NCBI GenBank assembly: GCA_017397935.1
Contig: JAFQHN010000018.1
Coordinates: forward strand, 5,101-69,100
Source of the DNA: Bacillota bacterium
Lineage (GTDB): Bacteria; Bacillota; Dehalobacteriia; UBA4068; UBA4997
DNA length: 64,000 nt
Direction: 5' to 3'
How positions within the stretch are numbered: position 1 is the first letter of the stretch; each line of letters starts with the position of its first letter. The notes below the pieces were generated by a model. It worked only from the letters and a program-made list of their open reading frames with translations. It searched no databases and was not told the origin of the DNA. The translations under genes and the position numbers were made by a program. Of this stretch, positions 41,547-51,296 are shown one piece after another.

Positions 41547-42181
41547 TTGAGGAGATTGGCACTCTAAAAAGTGTCCACCGAGGCGCCAAATCCGCCGCCC
41601 TCATCATCAACGCGCAGGTGATAACCGACGGTTTGCGGTTGGGTGACAGCGTGGCCGTAAACGGCGTCTGCCTGACGGTGACCGAGCTTTTACCCCACGC
41701 CTTCGCCGCCGATGTGATGCCCGAAACCCTATCCCGCACAGGGTTGGGCAAGCTTGCGGCCGGCAGCCGTGTCAATTTGGAGCGTGCCGTGGCCGTGGGT
41801 GGCCGTTTGGGTGGCCATATCGTATCCGGCCACATTGACGGCACCGGGCAAATCACGCAGATCCGCCGTGACGACAACGCCGTTTGGTATCACATCGCCG
41901 CCGCTGAGAATTTGCTGCGCTATGTGGTGGAGAAAGGCTCCATCGCCATCGACGGCATCAGCCTGACCGTGGCGCAGGTGCAGCCGCAGGGCTTTGCCGT
42001 TTCCGTCATCCCCCACACCGCCGCCAACACCACGCTGACTGACCGCAAGGTGGGCGACACCGTGAATTTGGAGGCCGACATCGTGGGCAAATATATCGAG
42101 AAGCTGTTGCAGCCGACACAGACCGGCACCAACCGCAGCGGCGGCATCACCCTTGATTTTTTAAGCAGGCACGGCTTTTAA
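41531..42181 (+). CDS. ribE: riboflavin synthase alpha subunit
   Basis: Translation MFTGIIEEIGTL... with two lumazine-binding repeats. Confidence 0.9.
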   Translation: MFTGIIEEIGTLKSVHRGAKSAALIINAQVITDGLRLGDSVAVNGVCLTVTELLPHAFAADVMPETLSRTGLGKLAAGSRVNLERAVAVGGRLGGHIVSGHIDGTGQITQIRRDDNAVWYHIAAAENLLRYVVEKGSIAIDGISLTVAQVQPQGFAVSVIPHTAANTTLTDRKVGDTVNLEADIVGKYIEKLLQPTQTGTNRSGGITLDFLSRHGF

Positions 42182-42227
42182 TATTAGACTTTGATAATGT
42201 ATAGAAAAAGAAACAAGAGGTTGCAAT

Positions 42228-43436
42228 ATGACAAATAATTTTAACTATAACACCGTGGACGAGGCGCTGACCGCCCTCCGCAGCGGCGAGTTGATTCTGG
42301 TGACAGATGACCCCGACCGTGAGAACGAGGGCGACCTGATATGCTCCGCCGCCGCTGCCACCACCGAGAATTTGAATTTTATGGCGGTGCAGGGGCGCGG
42401 CCTGATTTGTATGCCCATGTCGGCGGCGCTGGCGGCCAGGTTGCAGCTGCCGCAAATGGTGCACCACAACACCGATAACCACGAAACCGCCTTCACCGTT
42501 TCCATTGACCATGTGGAGACTACCACCGGTATTTCCGCCGTGGAGCGAGGCCTGACCGCCCGCAAATGTGTGGACCCTACCAGCCGTCCGGAGGATTTTC
42601 GGCGGCCGGGCCATATGTTTCCGCTGGTGGCACGCCCCGGCGGTGTGTTGGAGCGTGCCGGACATACCGAGGCAACCGTTGATTTGATGCGTCTGGCCGG
42701 TTTGGCGGAGTGCGGCCTCTGCTGCGAGGTGATGAGCGACGACGGCACCATGATGCAGACGAGCGAGCTTATCCAAATGAGCCAAAAATACGGCCTCAAA
42801 TTTATCACCATCAAGGACCTGCAAAATTACCGCAAGCGGCACGAACAGCTGGTAAACTGCGTGGCCAAGGCCCAGATGCCCACCAAGTACGGCGATTTTG
42901 TGGCCTACGGCTATATAAACCGCCTGAACGGCGAGCACCACATCGCACTGGTCAAAGGCGAAATCGGCGACGGCCAAAACCTGCTCTGCCGCGTACACTC
43001 CGAGTGCATGACCGGCGACACCTTCGGCTCTCTGCGCTGCGATTGCGGGCAGCAGTTTGCGTCCGCCATGCGCCAAATCGAGCAGGAAGGCCGCGGCGTG
43101 CTGCTGTATATGCGGCAGGAGGGGCGCGGGATCGGCCTCATCAACAAGCTTAAAGCCTATGAGCTGCAAGAGCAGGGGCTGGATACGCTGGAAGCCAACC
43201 TGGCGCTGGGGTTTGCCGCCGACCAACGGGAATATTACATCGGCGCCCAGATTTTGCGTGATTTGGGAGCCAAAACGCTGCGGCTGCTCACCAACAACCC
43301 CGATAAGCTTTACCAGCTGAGCGATTTTGGCATGGAGATCATCGAGCGCGTGCCGATACAGATGACCGCCAACGACCACGACCTCTGTTATCTGCGCACC
43401 AAGCAGCATAAGATGGGGCACCTGCTGGATTATTAA
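42228..43436 (+). CDS. ribBA: bifunctional 3,4-dihydroxy-2-butanone-4-phosphate synthase / GTP cyclohydrolase II
   Basis: DHBP synthase N-domain (RENEGDLI) and GCHII zinc motif ([21 protein letters not shown]). Confidence 0.9.
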   Translation: MTNNFNYNTVDEALTALRSGELILVTDDPDRENEGDLICSAAAATTENLNFMAVQGRGLICMPMSAALAARLQLPQMVHHNTDNHETAFTVSIDHVETTTGISAVERGLTARKCVDPTSRPEDFRRPGHMFPLVARPGGVLERAGHTEATVDLMRLAGLAECGLCCEVMSDDGTMMQTSELIQMSQKYGLKFITIKDLQNYRKRHEQLVNCVAKAQMPTKYGDFVAYGYINRLNGEHHIALVKGEIGDGQNLLCRVHSECMTGDTFGSLRCDCGQQFASAMRQIEQEGRGVLLYMRQEGRGIGLINKLKAYELQEQGLDTLEANLALGFAADQREYYIGAQILRDLGAKTLRLLTNNPDKLYQLSDFGMEIIERVPIQMTANDHDLCYLRTKQHKMGHLLDY

Positions 43437-43482
43437 AGATACATATATTACACATAAAAATACAACCAAAGGAGATATTACC

Positions 43483-43953
43483 ATGAAAACTTACTCTGCC
43501 AAAGTGGTGGCCGAACAACCGATGAAGGTGGGCATTGTGGCCGCCCGTTTCAACGAATTTATCACCTCCAAGCTGCTGGGCGGCGCGGTAGACGGCCTGG
43601 TTCGCCACAATGTCAGCGAGGATAACATTGAGGTTGCCTGGGTTCCCGGCGCGTTTGAAATCCCACTGATCGCTGCCAAAATGGCCAAATCCGGCAAATA
43701 TGATGCAATCATCTGCGTGGGTGCGGTCATCCGCGGCACCACCAGCCATTATGATTACGTTTGCAGCGAGGTTTCCAAGGGTATCGCCGCCGTTTCGCTG
43801 GGTGCTGAGATCCCCGTGATGTTCGGCGTGCTGACCTGTGATACCATCGAGCAGGCCATTGAACGCGCAGGCACCAAGGCCGGCAACAAGGGCTATGACT
43901 GCGCTCTGGGTGCGGTAGAGATGGTAAACCTGCTGCGTGATATTGAGGCGTAA
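43483..43953 (+). CDS. ribH: 6,7-dimethyl-8-ribityllumazine synthase
   Basis: Translation [21 protein letters not shown] is the canonical RibH. Confidence 0.9.
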   Translation: MKTYSAKVVAEQPMKVGIVAARFNEFITSKLLGGAVDGLVRHNVSEDNIEVAWVPGAFEIPLIAAKMAKSGKYDAIICVGAVIRGTTSHYDYVCSEVSKGIAAVSLGAEIPVMFGVLTCDTIEQAIERAGTKAGNKGYDCALGAVEMVNLLRDIEA

Positions 43954-43967
43954 TATCGGAGAATACG

Positions 43968-44627
43968 ATGAATTTACTCTTTGACTATGACGGAACCCTG
44001 CACGATTGTCTGCATATTTATGCACCGGCGCTGCGTCATGCCTGTGCGGTGTTGACGGCCGAAGGCTGGCTGCCGCCGCTAAACTCCACCGATGAGGAAA
44101 TCGGCAGTTGGCTGGGTTTGCCCTCGCAGGAGATGTGGGATAATTTTGCCCCCAACCTGCCGCAAGAGCAGAAAATGCGGGCCAGCGCTCTCGTTGGCGA
44201 TTATATGCGGCAGGAAATTGCGGCCGGCCGTGCACGCCTGTACCCCCAGGCCCGCCAGGTTTTGCAGCAGCTAAAAGCGGCAGGGCACACGCTGCTCTTC
44301 CTCAGCAACTGCAAGAGCGCCTATTTGCAGGCACATCGGCAGGCCTTTAAGCTGGATAATTACTTTGCCGGCCTGTACTGTGCCGAGGATTGCGGCTGGC
44401 TGCCCAAGGAGCAGGTTTTTCCGCAAATTCAGGCGGCCCACCCCGGCGATTTTGTGATGATTGGCGACCGGCGGCACGATATGGCGGTGGCGGTGGCGCA
44501 TAATCTGCCGGCCATTGGCTGCGCTTACGGCTACGGCACAGCAGATGAGCTGCAAAACACACCCTACATCGCCCACGATGTGCAGGAAATTCCGGCGTTG
44601 GTGGCCAAAATTGCCGCCCAAAAATAA
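43968..44627 (+). CDS. HAD-superfamily hydrolase, terminal gene of rib operon (candidate 5-amino-6-(5-phosphoribitylamino)uracil phosphatase)
   Basis: HAD motif I at the N-terminus (LLFDYDGTL). Motif IV GDRRHD. 15-bp gap after ribH. Confidence 0.6.
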   Translation: MNLLFDYDGTLHDCLHIYAPALRHACAVLTAEGWLPPLNSTDEEIGSWLGLPSQEMWDNFAPNLPQEQKMRASALVGDYMRQEIAAGRARLYPQARQVLQQLKAAGHTLLFLSNCKSAYLQAHRQAFKLDNYFAGLYCAEDCGWLPKEQVFPQIQAAHPGDFVMIGDRRHDMAVAVAHNLPAIGCAYGYGTADELQNTPYIAHDVQEIPALVAKIAAQK

Positions 44628-44824
44628 ATTTCAGCATAACAACAACATCTCATAAAAGTCTGCCCCCAACGGGGGTAACACCAATATGAAAAAAGACATC
44701 CACAACACAAGGAAGGTTTGTAGATGTCTTTTTTGCTTTTTTAATACTTTGTCCTGCGCCATCGGGCAGCAAATATAGGCAGACTGCGGCCAAAAACAGC
44801 GTCTTCTGCACTTAACATTAAGCG

Positions 44825-46282
44825 TTATTTTGCTTCGCTTGCATTCCACCTGCCGACAAGAGCGGCAAGCTCCATCCGACTGTGCACTCCCATCTTGGGA
44901 TAAATCCTCTTTGTGTGATCTTTGACAGTATGCTCTGAGATAACTAATATCTTTGCTATGTCCCTATTGCTGTAACCGCTGCAAATCAGCTCGGCCACCT
45001 CGCGTTCCTTTTTGGTAAGCAGCATAAGAGGGTCGTCCATTAGCTTCGGTGCAGCCACAGTCTGTTCCGCAGACAATTCCGTTTCAGGCACAGCCGTATT
45101 CTCCCGGGCAGCAACAATAGCACTGTCGGCAATTCTGCGGCGCAGGGTAAAAAGAAAGAACGGCTCGATTTGTGTATAGATGAATACAAGAACCGCCATG
45201 ACCACCGCATAAACAAGATACAGCATCGAAGGTGCGGCACGGAATACCTCAACCATACCGCCATGCACCAAAACCGCAGCAAGCGCCAAACCGATAATGA
45301 CAGGTGATATGTACCTGGACGGATAAGACTTCATCATCACCGCACCGTAAAGCGGCAGCATCTGACACGAAACCAAACTGATGCCGATAAGTGCACAGGC
45401 CGCATAAGAAACAGCAGGGACATAAGTAGAAGCATACATCAGCAGAAAACCGATACCGCCCAACCCCACCAGCACAGGAATCACGCGGAACGGATGAAAA
45501 TTCGCCTTCCGGTAAAGCAAATACAGCCCCAGGCTGGCCATAGCATCAATCAAATAAGTAATAAATATACCGTGCCGCACCTCGCCAAAAATTGCAGGGC
45601 CGGAAACTCCCATCAGCGCCGCAACAAACACCAGAACACCGGTTCCAAACAGCAGCCGTTTGGGAGCGGTCAAGCCGTCGCTCTTTTTCACATAGCGTGG
45701 CTGCACCTCACGTCCCACCGGCATACGAAGGAAGAATATCAGCAGCATAGCAAGCGCGGCCACCATGATAAAACGGAAGGTCGGGAAGGTAATGGGTAAA
45801 AACTCGTTCTGCAATACGGCCATCATCAAATACGCAACTGCGTATGCTGCCGTCAGGTGTTTAATGATGCTTCGTTCGGAAAGATAGTTAACAATAACAA
45901 AGGTCTCAAACCCAATCATCAAGCAGCAGCAGAAAATCTGCACATAAATAAGCAGACGCAGGGCATCATCCGATAATGGCAGAAACAGCCCCACCGCCGT
46001 GGCCAGAGCAACACCCGTGGCAATTCTCTGCGCCCACACCACCGCAAACGGCAAGAAAATCATCCAAAGAATAGACAGCACATAGCAAACCGCAATCAGA
46101 GAAGTGGCATTGTCCATGTCGATAGGCAGCGGCGTTTTGCCGTCAATAGTCAGGGACGGCCCCACAAAATAGATAAATCCCATCTGCCAAAAAGCAAACA
46201 TGGCAAAGCAAATCAGCATCCATAGCGGCTGGTCAATTCTCTTTTTTTGATTTTCAGCAATAATCGGGTGTTCCATAATCAT
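44825..46282 (-). CDS. membrane-embedded LuxR-family transcriptional regulator (polytopic N-domain + C-terminal HTH)
   Basis: About 10 predicted TM helices, followed by a LuxR HTH (REVAELICSGYSNRDIAKILVISEHTVKDHTKRIYPKMGV). Lower GC than the flanking regions. Confidence 0.7.
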   Translation of the reverse strand: MIMEHPIIAENQKKRIDQPLWMLICFAMFAFWQMGFIYFVGPSLTIDGKTPLPIDMDNATSLIAVCYVLSILWMIFLPFAVVWAQRIATGVALATAVGLFLPLSDDALRLLIYVQIFCCCLMIGFETFVIVNYLSERSIIKHLTAAYAVAYLMMAVLQNEFLPITFPTFRFIMVAALAMLLIFFLRMPVGREVQPRYVKKSDGLTAPKRLLFGTGVLVFVAALMGVSGPAIFGEVRHGIFITYLIDAMASLGLYLLYRKANFHPFRVIPVLVGLGGIGFLLMYASTYVPAVSYAACALIGISLVSCQMLPLYGAVMMKSYPSRYISPVIIGLALAAVLVHGGMVEVFRAAPSMLYLVYAVVMAVLVFIYTQIEPFFLFTLRRRIADSAIVAARENTAVPETELSAEQTVAAPKLMDDPLMLLTKKEREVAELICSGYSNRDIAKILVISEHTVKDHTKRIYPKMGVHSRMELAALVGRWNASEAK

Positions 46283-46572
46283 GCCTTTCTTTTTACAAAA
46301 TTTCGGTCTGATAATGCCATACCACTCACATTCTCAGCAAAAATACCCGTTTTTTGGGGTGTATACCCCAAAATCCCACCAACGTGGGATATGAAAATGG
46401 CAAAAAATACTGTAAAATGATACTATAAAATGATAATAACACAGACATAAACCGAATTTTATTATACTGATAATAATGACATTATATCACAAATGTCAAA
46501 TTATTCAAAAAAATTTATTCAAAAAAACATATAAACTTATCTAAAACAATAACTTAAAGGAGGTAAATTGTT

Positions 46573-47556
46573 ATGGCATTTTGTATGAATTGTGGTAATC
46601 AACTCCCCGACGGCAGCCGCTTCTGCGGCAACTGTGGCGCACAGCAGGGCACACCTGCCGCTGCTATGGTACAGCAGGCCGGTCAGTCCGTTCCTGCTTC
46701 CAATCAGATGCAGAAGGACGGTATCGTTTTCACCCGCGCCGATGTCATTGATTATGAGATTTTCGGTGATGATATGCAGTTGGTGGAGATCGAACTGGAC
46801 CCCGGCGAGAGCGTACTGGCCGAGGCAGGTGCTATGAACTATATGGATGCCCGCATCAAAATGGAGACGATTTTCGGTGACGGCAGCGGTGCCGATGCCA
46901 ACAAGGGTTTGGGCGGCAAGCTGCTCTCCGCAGGCAAGCGCGCGCTGACCGGCGAGGGCCTGTTTATGACCGTTTTCCAGAACACCGACCCTGTGAGCAA
47001 AGTCAAGGTGGCCTTTGCCTCCCCTTATCCCGGTAAAATTATCCCCGTGGATCTCGACTCCTTCAACCGGACGATGATTTGCCAAAAGTCTGCCTTCCTC
47101 TGCGCAGCCAAAGGCGTGAATGTAGGCGTCCATTTCCAGAAGAAGCTGGGCGCAGGATTGTTTGGCGGCGAGGGCTTTATTATGCAGCGTCTCACCGGCG
47201 ATGGCATTGTGTTCCTGAACGCCGGCGGCACCATCATCAAAAAGACGCTGCAAGCAGGTGAAATGCTGAAAATCGACACCGGCTGCCTGGTGGCCATGAG
47301 TGAAACCGTAGATTACGATGTAGCCTTCCAGAGCGACATCAAGAGCGGTTTCCTGGGCGGCGAAGGTTTGTTCCTGGCCACCTTAACCGGCCCCGGTGAG
47401 GTCTGGCTACAATCCCTGCCTTTCAGCCGTATGGCTGATGAGATCATTAAAGCCAGCCGCAGCAACAACAAAGAAGAAAATAAGGGCATCAACAATCCGC
47501 TGAACGAAGTGACCGGCAGCCTGAACAATGCATTGGGCGGACTCTTCAAGTTCTAA
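46573..47556 (+). CDS. TIGR00266/AIM24-family (DUF124) protein with N-terminal zinc-ribbon
   Basis: N-terminus MAFCMNCGNQLPDGSRFCGNCGAQ (CxxC...CxxC). The body matches the AIM24-like beta-rich family (FMTVFQNTD..., GGEGFIMQRLTGDGIVFLNAGGTI). Confidence 0.6.
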   Translation: MAFCMNCGNQLPDGSRFCGNCGAQQGTPAAAMVQQAGQSVPASNQMQKDGIVFTRADVIDYEIFGDDMQLVEIELDPGESVLAEAGAMNYMDARIKMETIFGDGSGADANKGLGGKLLSAGKRALTGEGLFMTVFQNTDPVSKVKVAFASPYPGKIIPVDLDSFNRTMICQKSAFLCAAKGVNVGVHFQKKLGAGLFGGEGFIMQRLTGDGIVFLNAGGTIIKKTLQAGEMLKIDTGCLVAMSETVDYDVAFQSDIKSGFLGGEGLFLATLTGPGEVWLQSLPFSRMADEIIKASRSNNKEENKGINNPLNEVTGSLNNALGGLFKF

Positions 47557-47610
47557 ATCTGCCAGGCTGCAATAACTGTAAATACCAGGAAACGAAAGGA
47601 GAAAACGACT

Positions 47611-48789
47611 ATGAAAAAACGCACTTTTTCTTTCCTTTTGGCGCTTGTGATGTGCCTGTCCCTCCTGCCTATGACAGCGCTGGCGGCACTCCCCGACAAG
47701 ATAGACGCACCCCAAAATCCAAAAGCGGCGCTGGATGACAATGTGCCAGGGGCATTTATCGATTACACTGACGAAATCATCATTTCTTTTGGCCTTACCG
47801 ATGCACACAGAGCGCTGCTGGCAGGTGATGCGGCGGCTATGATTTTGCAGGTAGACTGGTCGATCAATTCCGAAACTGACTGGAAGTGTTCCGGACAGGA
47901 CACTTGGATCGATTCCCTCAGACCGGAGTATGGAAAAGATGCCGTGACGCTAACCAATGGAGATATCGTTGATCAGATCGCCATACTGCGCTCTAATTAC
48001 AATATGCCCGCAGATAATGGATACGCTCATATTTGCCATGGTATTGACGACAGCGGAAATGGATGGCTTGACTTAGAGAACAACACCCTCTATTTCAAAC
48101 TCCGTTTTGTAATGCGTGACTACGATGATAACAAGGTCTATTCCGATTGGACGGATGTATTCACCATCGGCAAGGAAGTGGACAAGGAAGAGTTTGAAGC
48201 ATCCGAATGGGCGCAGGAAGAACTTGCGAGGGCAGACGAGTTTGGTCTGATCCCCGACTGCCTTGACGGTGCAGACCTGACCGCCGACATTACAAGAGCC
48301 GAGTTTGCCGCTGTTGCGGTAAAAGTTTATGAGGCTCTGTCCGGCACTGCGGCGATCCCCATCGTCAATAACCCGTTCACCGATACGGGCGATGTGGAGG
48401 TGCTGAAAGCCTACAACATCGGCGCAGTAAACGGCACAAGCGCAACCACCTATGAGCCCAATGCGCTTTTGAACAGAGAACAGGCGGCAACGATGCTGAC
48501 ACGGGTATTCAAGAAGGTCACCATGGCAGGCTGGACGCTTGCCACAGACAGCCAATTCACCCTGCCTTATACCAAGCCTGCCGCCTTTGCCGATGACAAG
48601 GACATCTCCGACTGGGCAAAGGACAGCGTGTACTTTATGTCGGCCAACGGTATCGTGGGCGGTGTGGGCAACGGCAAATTTGCCCCAAAGAATATAACCA
48701 CCGAGGAACAGGCAACCGGTTATGCCAACGCCACCCGTGAACAGGCGCTTCTTATCGCCGTCCGTATGGTCGAGAACCTCGGCAAGTAA
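47611..48789 (+). CDS. secreted SLH-domain protein (unknown N-domain + three S-layer-homology repeats)
   Basis: Signal peptide MKKRTFSFLLALVMCLSLLPMTALA. SLH motifs (FTDTGD...REQAATMLTRVF, FADDKDISDWAKDSVYFMSANGIVGGVGNGKFAP...REQALLIAVRM). About 50% GC. Confidence 0.7.
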   Translation: MKKRTFSFLLALVMCLSLLPMTALAALPDKIDAPQNPKAALDDNVPGAFIDYTDEIIISFGLTDAHRALLAGDAAAMILQVDWSINSETDWKCSGQDTWIDSLRPEYGKDAVTLTNGDIVDQIAILRSNYNMPADNGYAHICHGIDDSGNGWLDLENNTLYFKLRFVMRDYDDNKVYSDWTDVFTIGKEVDKEEFEASEWAQEELARADEFGLIPDCLDGADLTADITRAEFAAVAVKVYEALSGTAAIPIVNNPFTDTGDVEVLKAYNIGAVNGTSATTYEPNALLNREQAATMLTRVFKKVTMAGWTLATDSQFTLPYTKPAAFADDKDISDWAKDSVYFMSANGIVGGVGNGKFAPKNITTEEQATGYANATREQALLIAVRMVENLGK

Positions 48790-48895
48790 ACAGAGACACA
48801 ATAAGGCGGTCGGTATTTCCGCCGGCCGCCCATATTTAACACATAACGGATATTCTATACAATAAAATATTCTATATAATAAAAAGGAGGTTTAC

Positions 48896-49570
48896 ATGAT
48901 GAAGAAGCTTCTTGCGCTTTTACTAGCGCTGGTAATGACATTCTCTCTTGCTGCTTGCGGTGGCGATGACAGCAAATCCCCTGACAACAGCGGGCAGCAG
49001 CAGAGTGAAATTTCCAACACAGAGACAGACGATACAGTTGATCTGAGCGGCTTCCTGGCCACCAAAACAGGTAAATTCTACAATCAGTTTGCTGATGGCA
49101 GGATGTATATGGAGTATGAAACAGAAATAGATGGCCAGAAGATGACCGTAATATCCGCAACCGACGGTAACAAGACTTATTCCGAGAGCAAGCTTGACGG
49201 CGTCAGCATGGGTGTCAGCATCATCGACGGCGAGGATATGTATACCATTGACCACGCCGGCAAAATGGTTATCAAAATGTCGCTCGGCACAACCACGCAG
49301 ACCATCGCCGGTGCAGTACTGGATGAAGCTGATGTGGATATGGGCGACTACAAAACCGGCACCCGTGAGATTGCCGGCCAAACTTATGATACCGAAGAAT
49401 GGATCATTGAAGGGGCAGCTTCCATTATGTGCTTCGATGGCGATGAGCTTGCCTATATAATCGGCGCTTTTGAGGGCGAAGAAATAATTATGAAAATCAT
49501 CAAGGCATCCGATAGCGTGGACGCAGGTCTGTTTGAAATTCCTGCCGATTATGCGGTAATGGAAATGTAG
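48896..49570 (+). CDS. hypothetical lipoprotein
   Basis: Lipobox LALVMTFSLAACGGDD. No recognised family. Confidence 0.5.
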   Translation: MMKKLLALLLALVMTFSLAACGGDDSKSPDNSGQQQSEISNTETDDTVDLSGFLATKTGKFYNQFADGRMYMEYETEIDGQKMTVISATDGNKTYSESKLDGVSMGVSIIDGEDMYTIDHAGKMVIKMSLGTTTQTIAGAVLDEADVDMGDYKTGTREIAGQTYDTEEWIIEGAASIMCFDGDELAYIIGAFEGEEIIMKIIKASDSVDAGLFEIPADYAVMEM

Positions 49571-49825
49571 CAAGCCGCCTTGTGGGCACATAGCCGCCTT
49601 CCTCGCCTGATTACAACAAAACTACTATTACACATATATCACCTCACCGGGCAGCTTCTGCTGTCCGGTTTTTTGTTGCAAAGCCGGAATATTTAAGCAT
49701 CAAATACCGCACAAAAAACAGGACGACTGTATGGTAACACAGCCGCCCCGCAACAAAACAACATTAACTTTTATGATGCTCCCAATTATGTATCTGATAA
49801 AGCACCTGATATCCGCACCGTTTCT

Positions 49826-50197
49826 TTAAGGCCAAACCGGAAACGGCACATAATTGGCCAGCACGGCATTAACCGCCGCCCGCTCGTCGTCCGACAAGCT
49901 GAAACTCTGCTGTGAACCGTTGAAAGTACCGCAATCCGCATGATAATTCAGCTTCTCGCCGTCCACCAGCAAAACGCAATCGTGCAGGCAATCGGTGTTC
50001 TCCTCCAACCACACGGCGTCAGCCAGCGCAGCCTCAATCACCGCCGCATCCTCAGCAGACATCGGCATAAAATCCTCGCCACCAAACTGCTTTATGCGCA
50101 CAGCCGCCTCATCACCACCGCAGGCAGCCAGCGCAGGCAGCAAAATCAGCAGGCACAGGCTAAAAATCCTCCTCATGGTCACACCCCGTTTATACAT
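49826..50197 (-). CDS. hypothetical small lipoprotein
   Basis: Lipobox LLPALAACGG. 4 Cys in the mature part. Confidence 0.5.
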   Translation of the reverse strand: MYKRGVTMRRIFSLCLLILLPALAACGGDEAAVRIKQFGGEDFMPMSAEDAAVIEAALADAVWLEENTDCLHDCVLLVDGEKLNYHADCGTFNGSQQSFSLSDDERAAVNAVLANYVPFPVWP

Positions 50198-50223
50198 TTT
50201 TTATGCAAAATTTATCGGGGTTT

Positions 50224-51228
50224 TTATTCGGCCCAGCTCGGTTTAAAAGAGCCCTTAACCTGGCCGCAAGTCAGCGCCAACAGCGCCATGCGCACAAACA
50301 AACCGTTGCCGGCCTGGCGGAAATATGCCGCGCCCGGGTAATCGTCCACACCCAGTGCGATCTCGTTTACACGCGGCAGGGCGTGCATGATGATCGCACC
50401 CGGCTTAAAGTGCTGCACGGTTTCCTCGGTCATCAAATACATATCCTTAACCGCCTCGTACTCGGCCAGGTCATAAAAACGCTCCTTCTGTACGCGGGTC
50501 ATGTAGATAATGTCGGCATCGGCCACCGCCTCATCAATACCGTGGCGGAACTCAACCTCAATGCCGTTTTCCTGCATTTTATGCACAATTTCCTCAGGCA
50601 TACGCAGCTGGTCAGGGCTGGCCAAAATCAGCTTGCACTTGTAATACTTCAAAAATTCCACCAGAGAATGAACGGTGCGGCCATACTTCAAGTCGCCGAT
50701 CATCGCCACCGTCAGACCCTCAGGGTTGCCTTTCTCCTTCACGATGGTATACATATCCAGCAGCGCCTGGCTGGGATGCTGACCAAAACCGTCACCGGCA
50801 TTGACCACCGGGCAATCGGCGGCAGCAGCGGCAATCTGGGCATCACCCGTGCGGGGGCTGCGGATAACGATAACATCCGCATAATTATTCACCATTTTAA
50901 TGGTATCATGCACCGTTTCACCCTTGGATGTTGAGCTGATCTGGTTATCGGGCGATTCCGCCAGAGTGATAACACGGCCGCCCAAACGATGCATGGCTGT
51001 TTCAAACGAGAGTCTGGTGCGGGTAGAGGGCTCAAAGAACAGCGCAGCCATCACCTTGCCGTCCATATCCCACAAACGCTTGCCCTCGGCCAGCGCTTTC
51101 TCATAAAAAGCAGCAACTCCCAGCACCGCCTCCAATTCCTCCTTAGAGAACTGGGGCGCACCCAAAATATCCTTGCCCACAAATGATTTCAGCATGGTTT
51201 CGTCAGGAAAAGCAAAATCAGTCAACAT
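50224..51228 (-). CDS. pyrB: aspartate carbamoyltransferase catalytic subunit
   Basis: Translation FFEPSTRTRLSFETAMHRLGG, HPSQALLDMYTI, MHALPRVNEI...YFRQAGNGLFVRMALLAL is nearly identical in pattern to E. coli PyrB motifs. Start moved to M7. The track's first ATG lies inside the GGAGGAGG Shine-Dalgarno sequence. Confidence 0.85.
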   Translation of the reverse strand: MLTDFAFPDETMLKSFVGKDILGAPQFSKEELEAVLGVAAFYEKALAEGKRLWDMDGKVMAALFFEPSTRTRLSFETAMHRLGGRVITLAESPDNQISSTSKGETVHDTIKMVNNYADVIVIRSPRTGDAQIAAAAADCPVVNAGDGFGQHPSQALLDMYTIVKEKGNPEGLTVAMIGDLKYGRTVHSLVEFLKYYKCKLILASPDQLRMPEEIVHKMQENGIEVEFRHGIDEAVADADIIYMTRVQKERFYDLAEYEAVKDMYLMTEETVQHFKPGAIIMHALPRVNEIALGVDDYPGAAYFRQAGNGLFVRMALLALTCGQVKGSFKPSWAE

Positions 51229-51296
51229 TACAAAAGCCTCCTCCAAAATTCAGCAAATCAACTTACACCAATCTATCTCCAAAATTTTTTCAGCAA

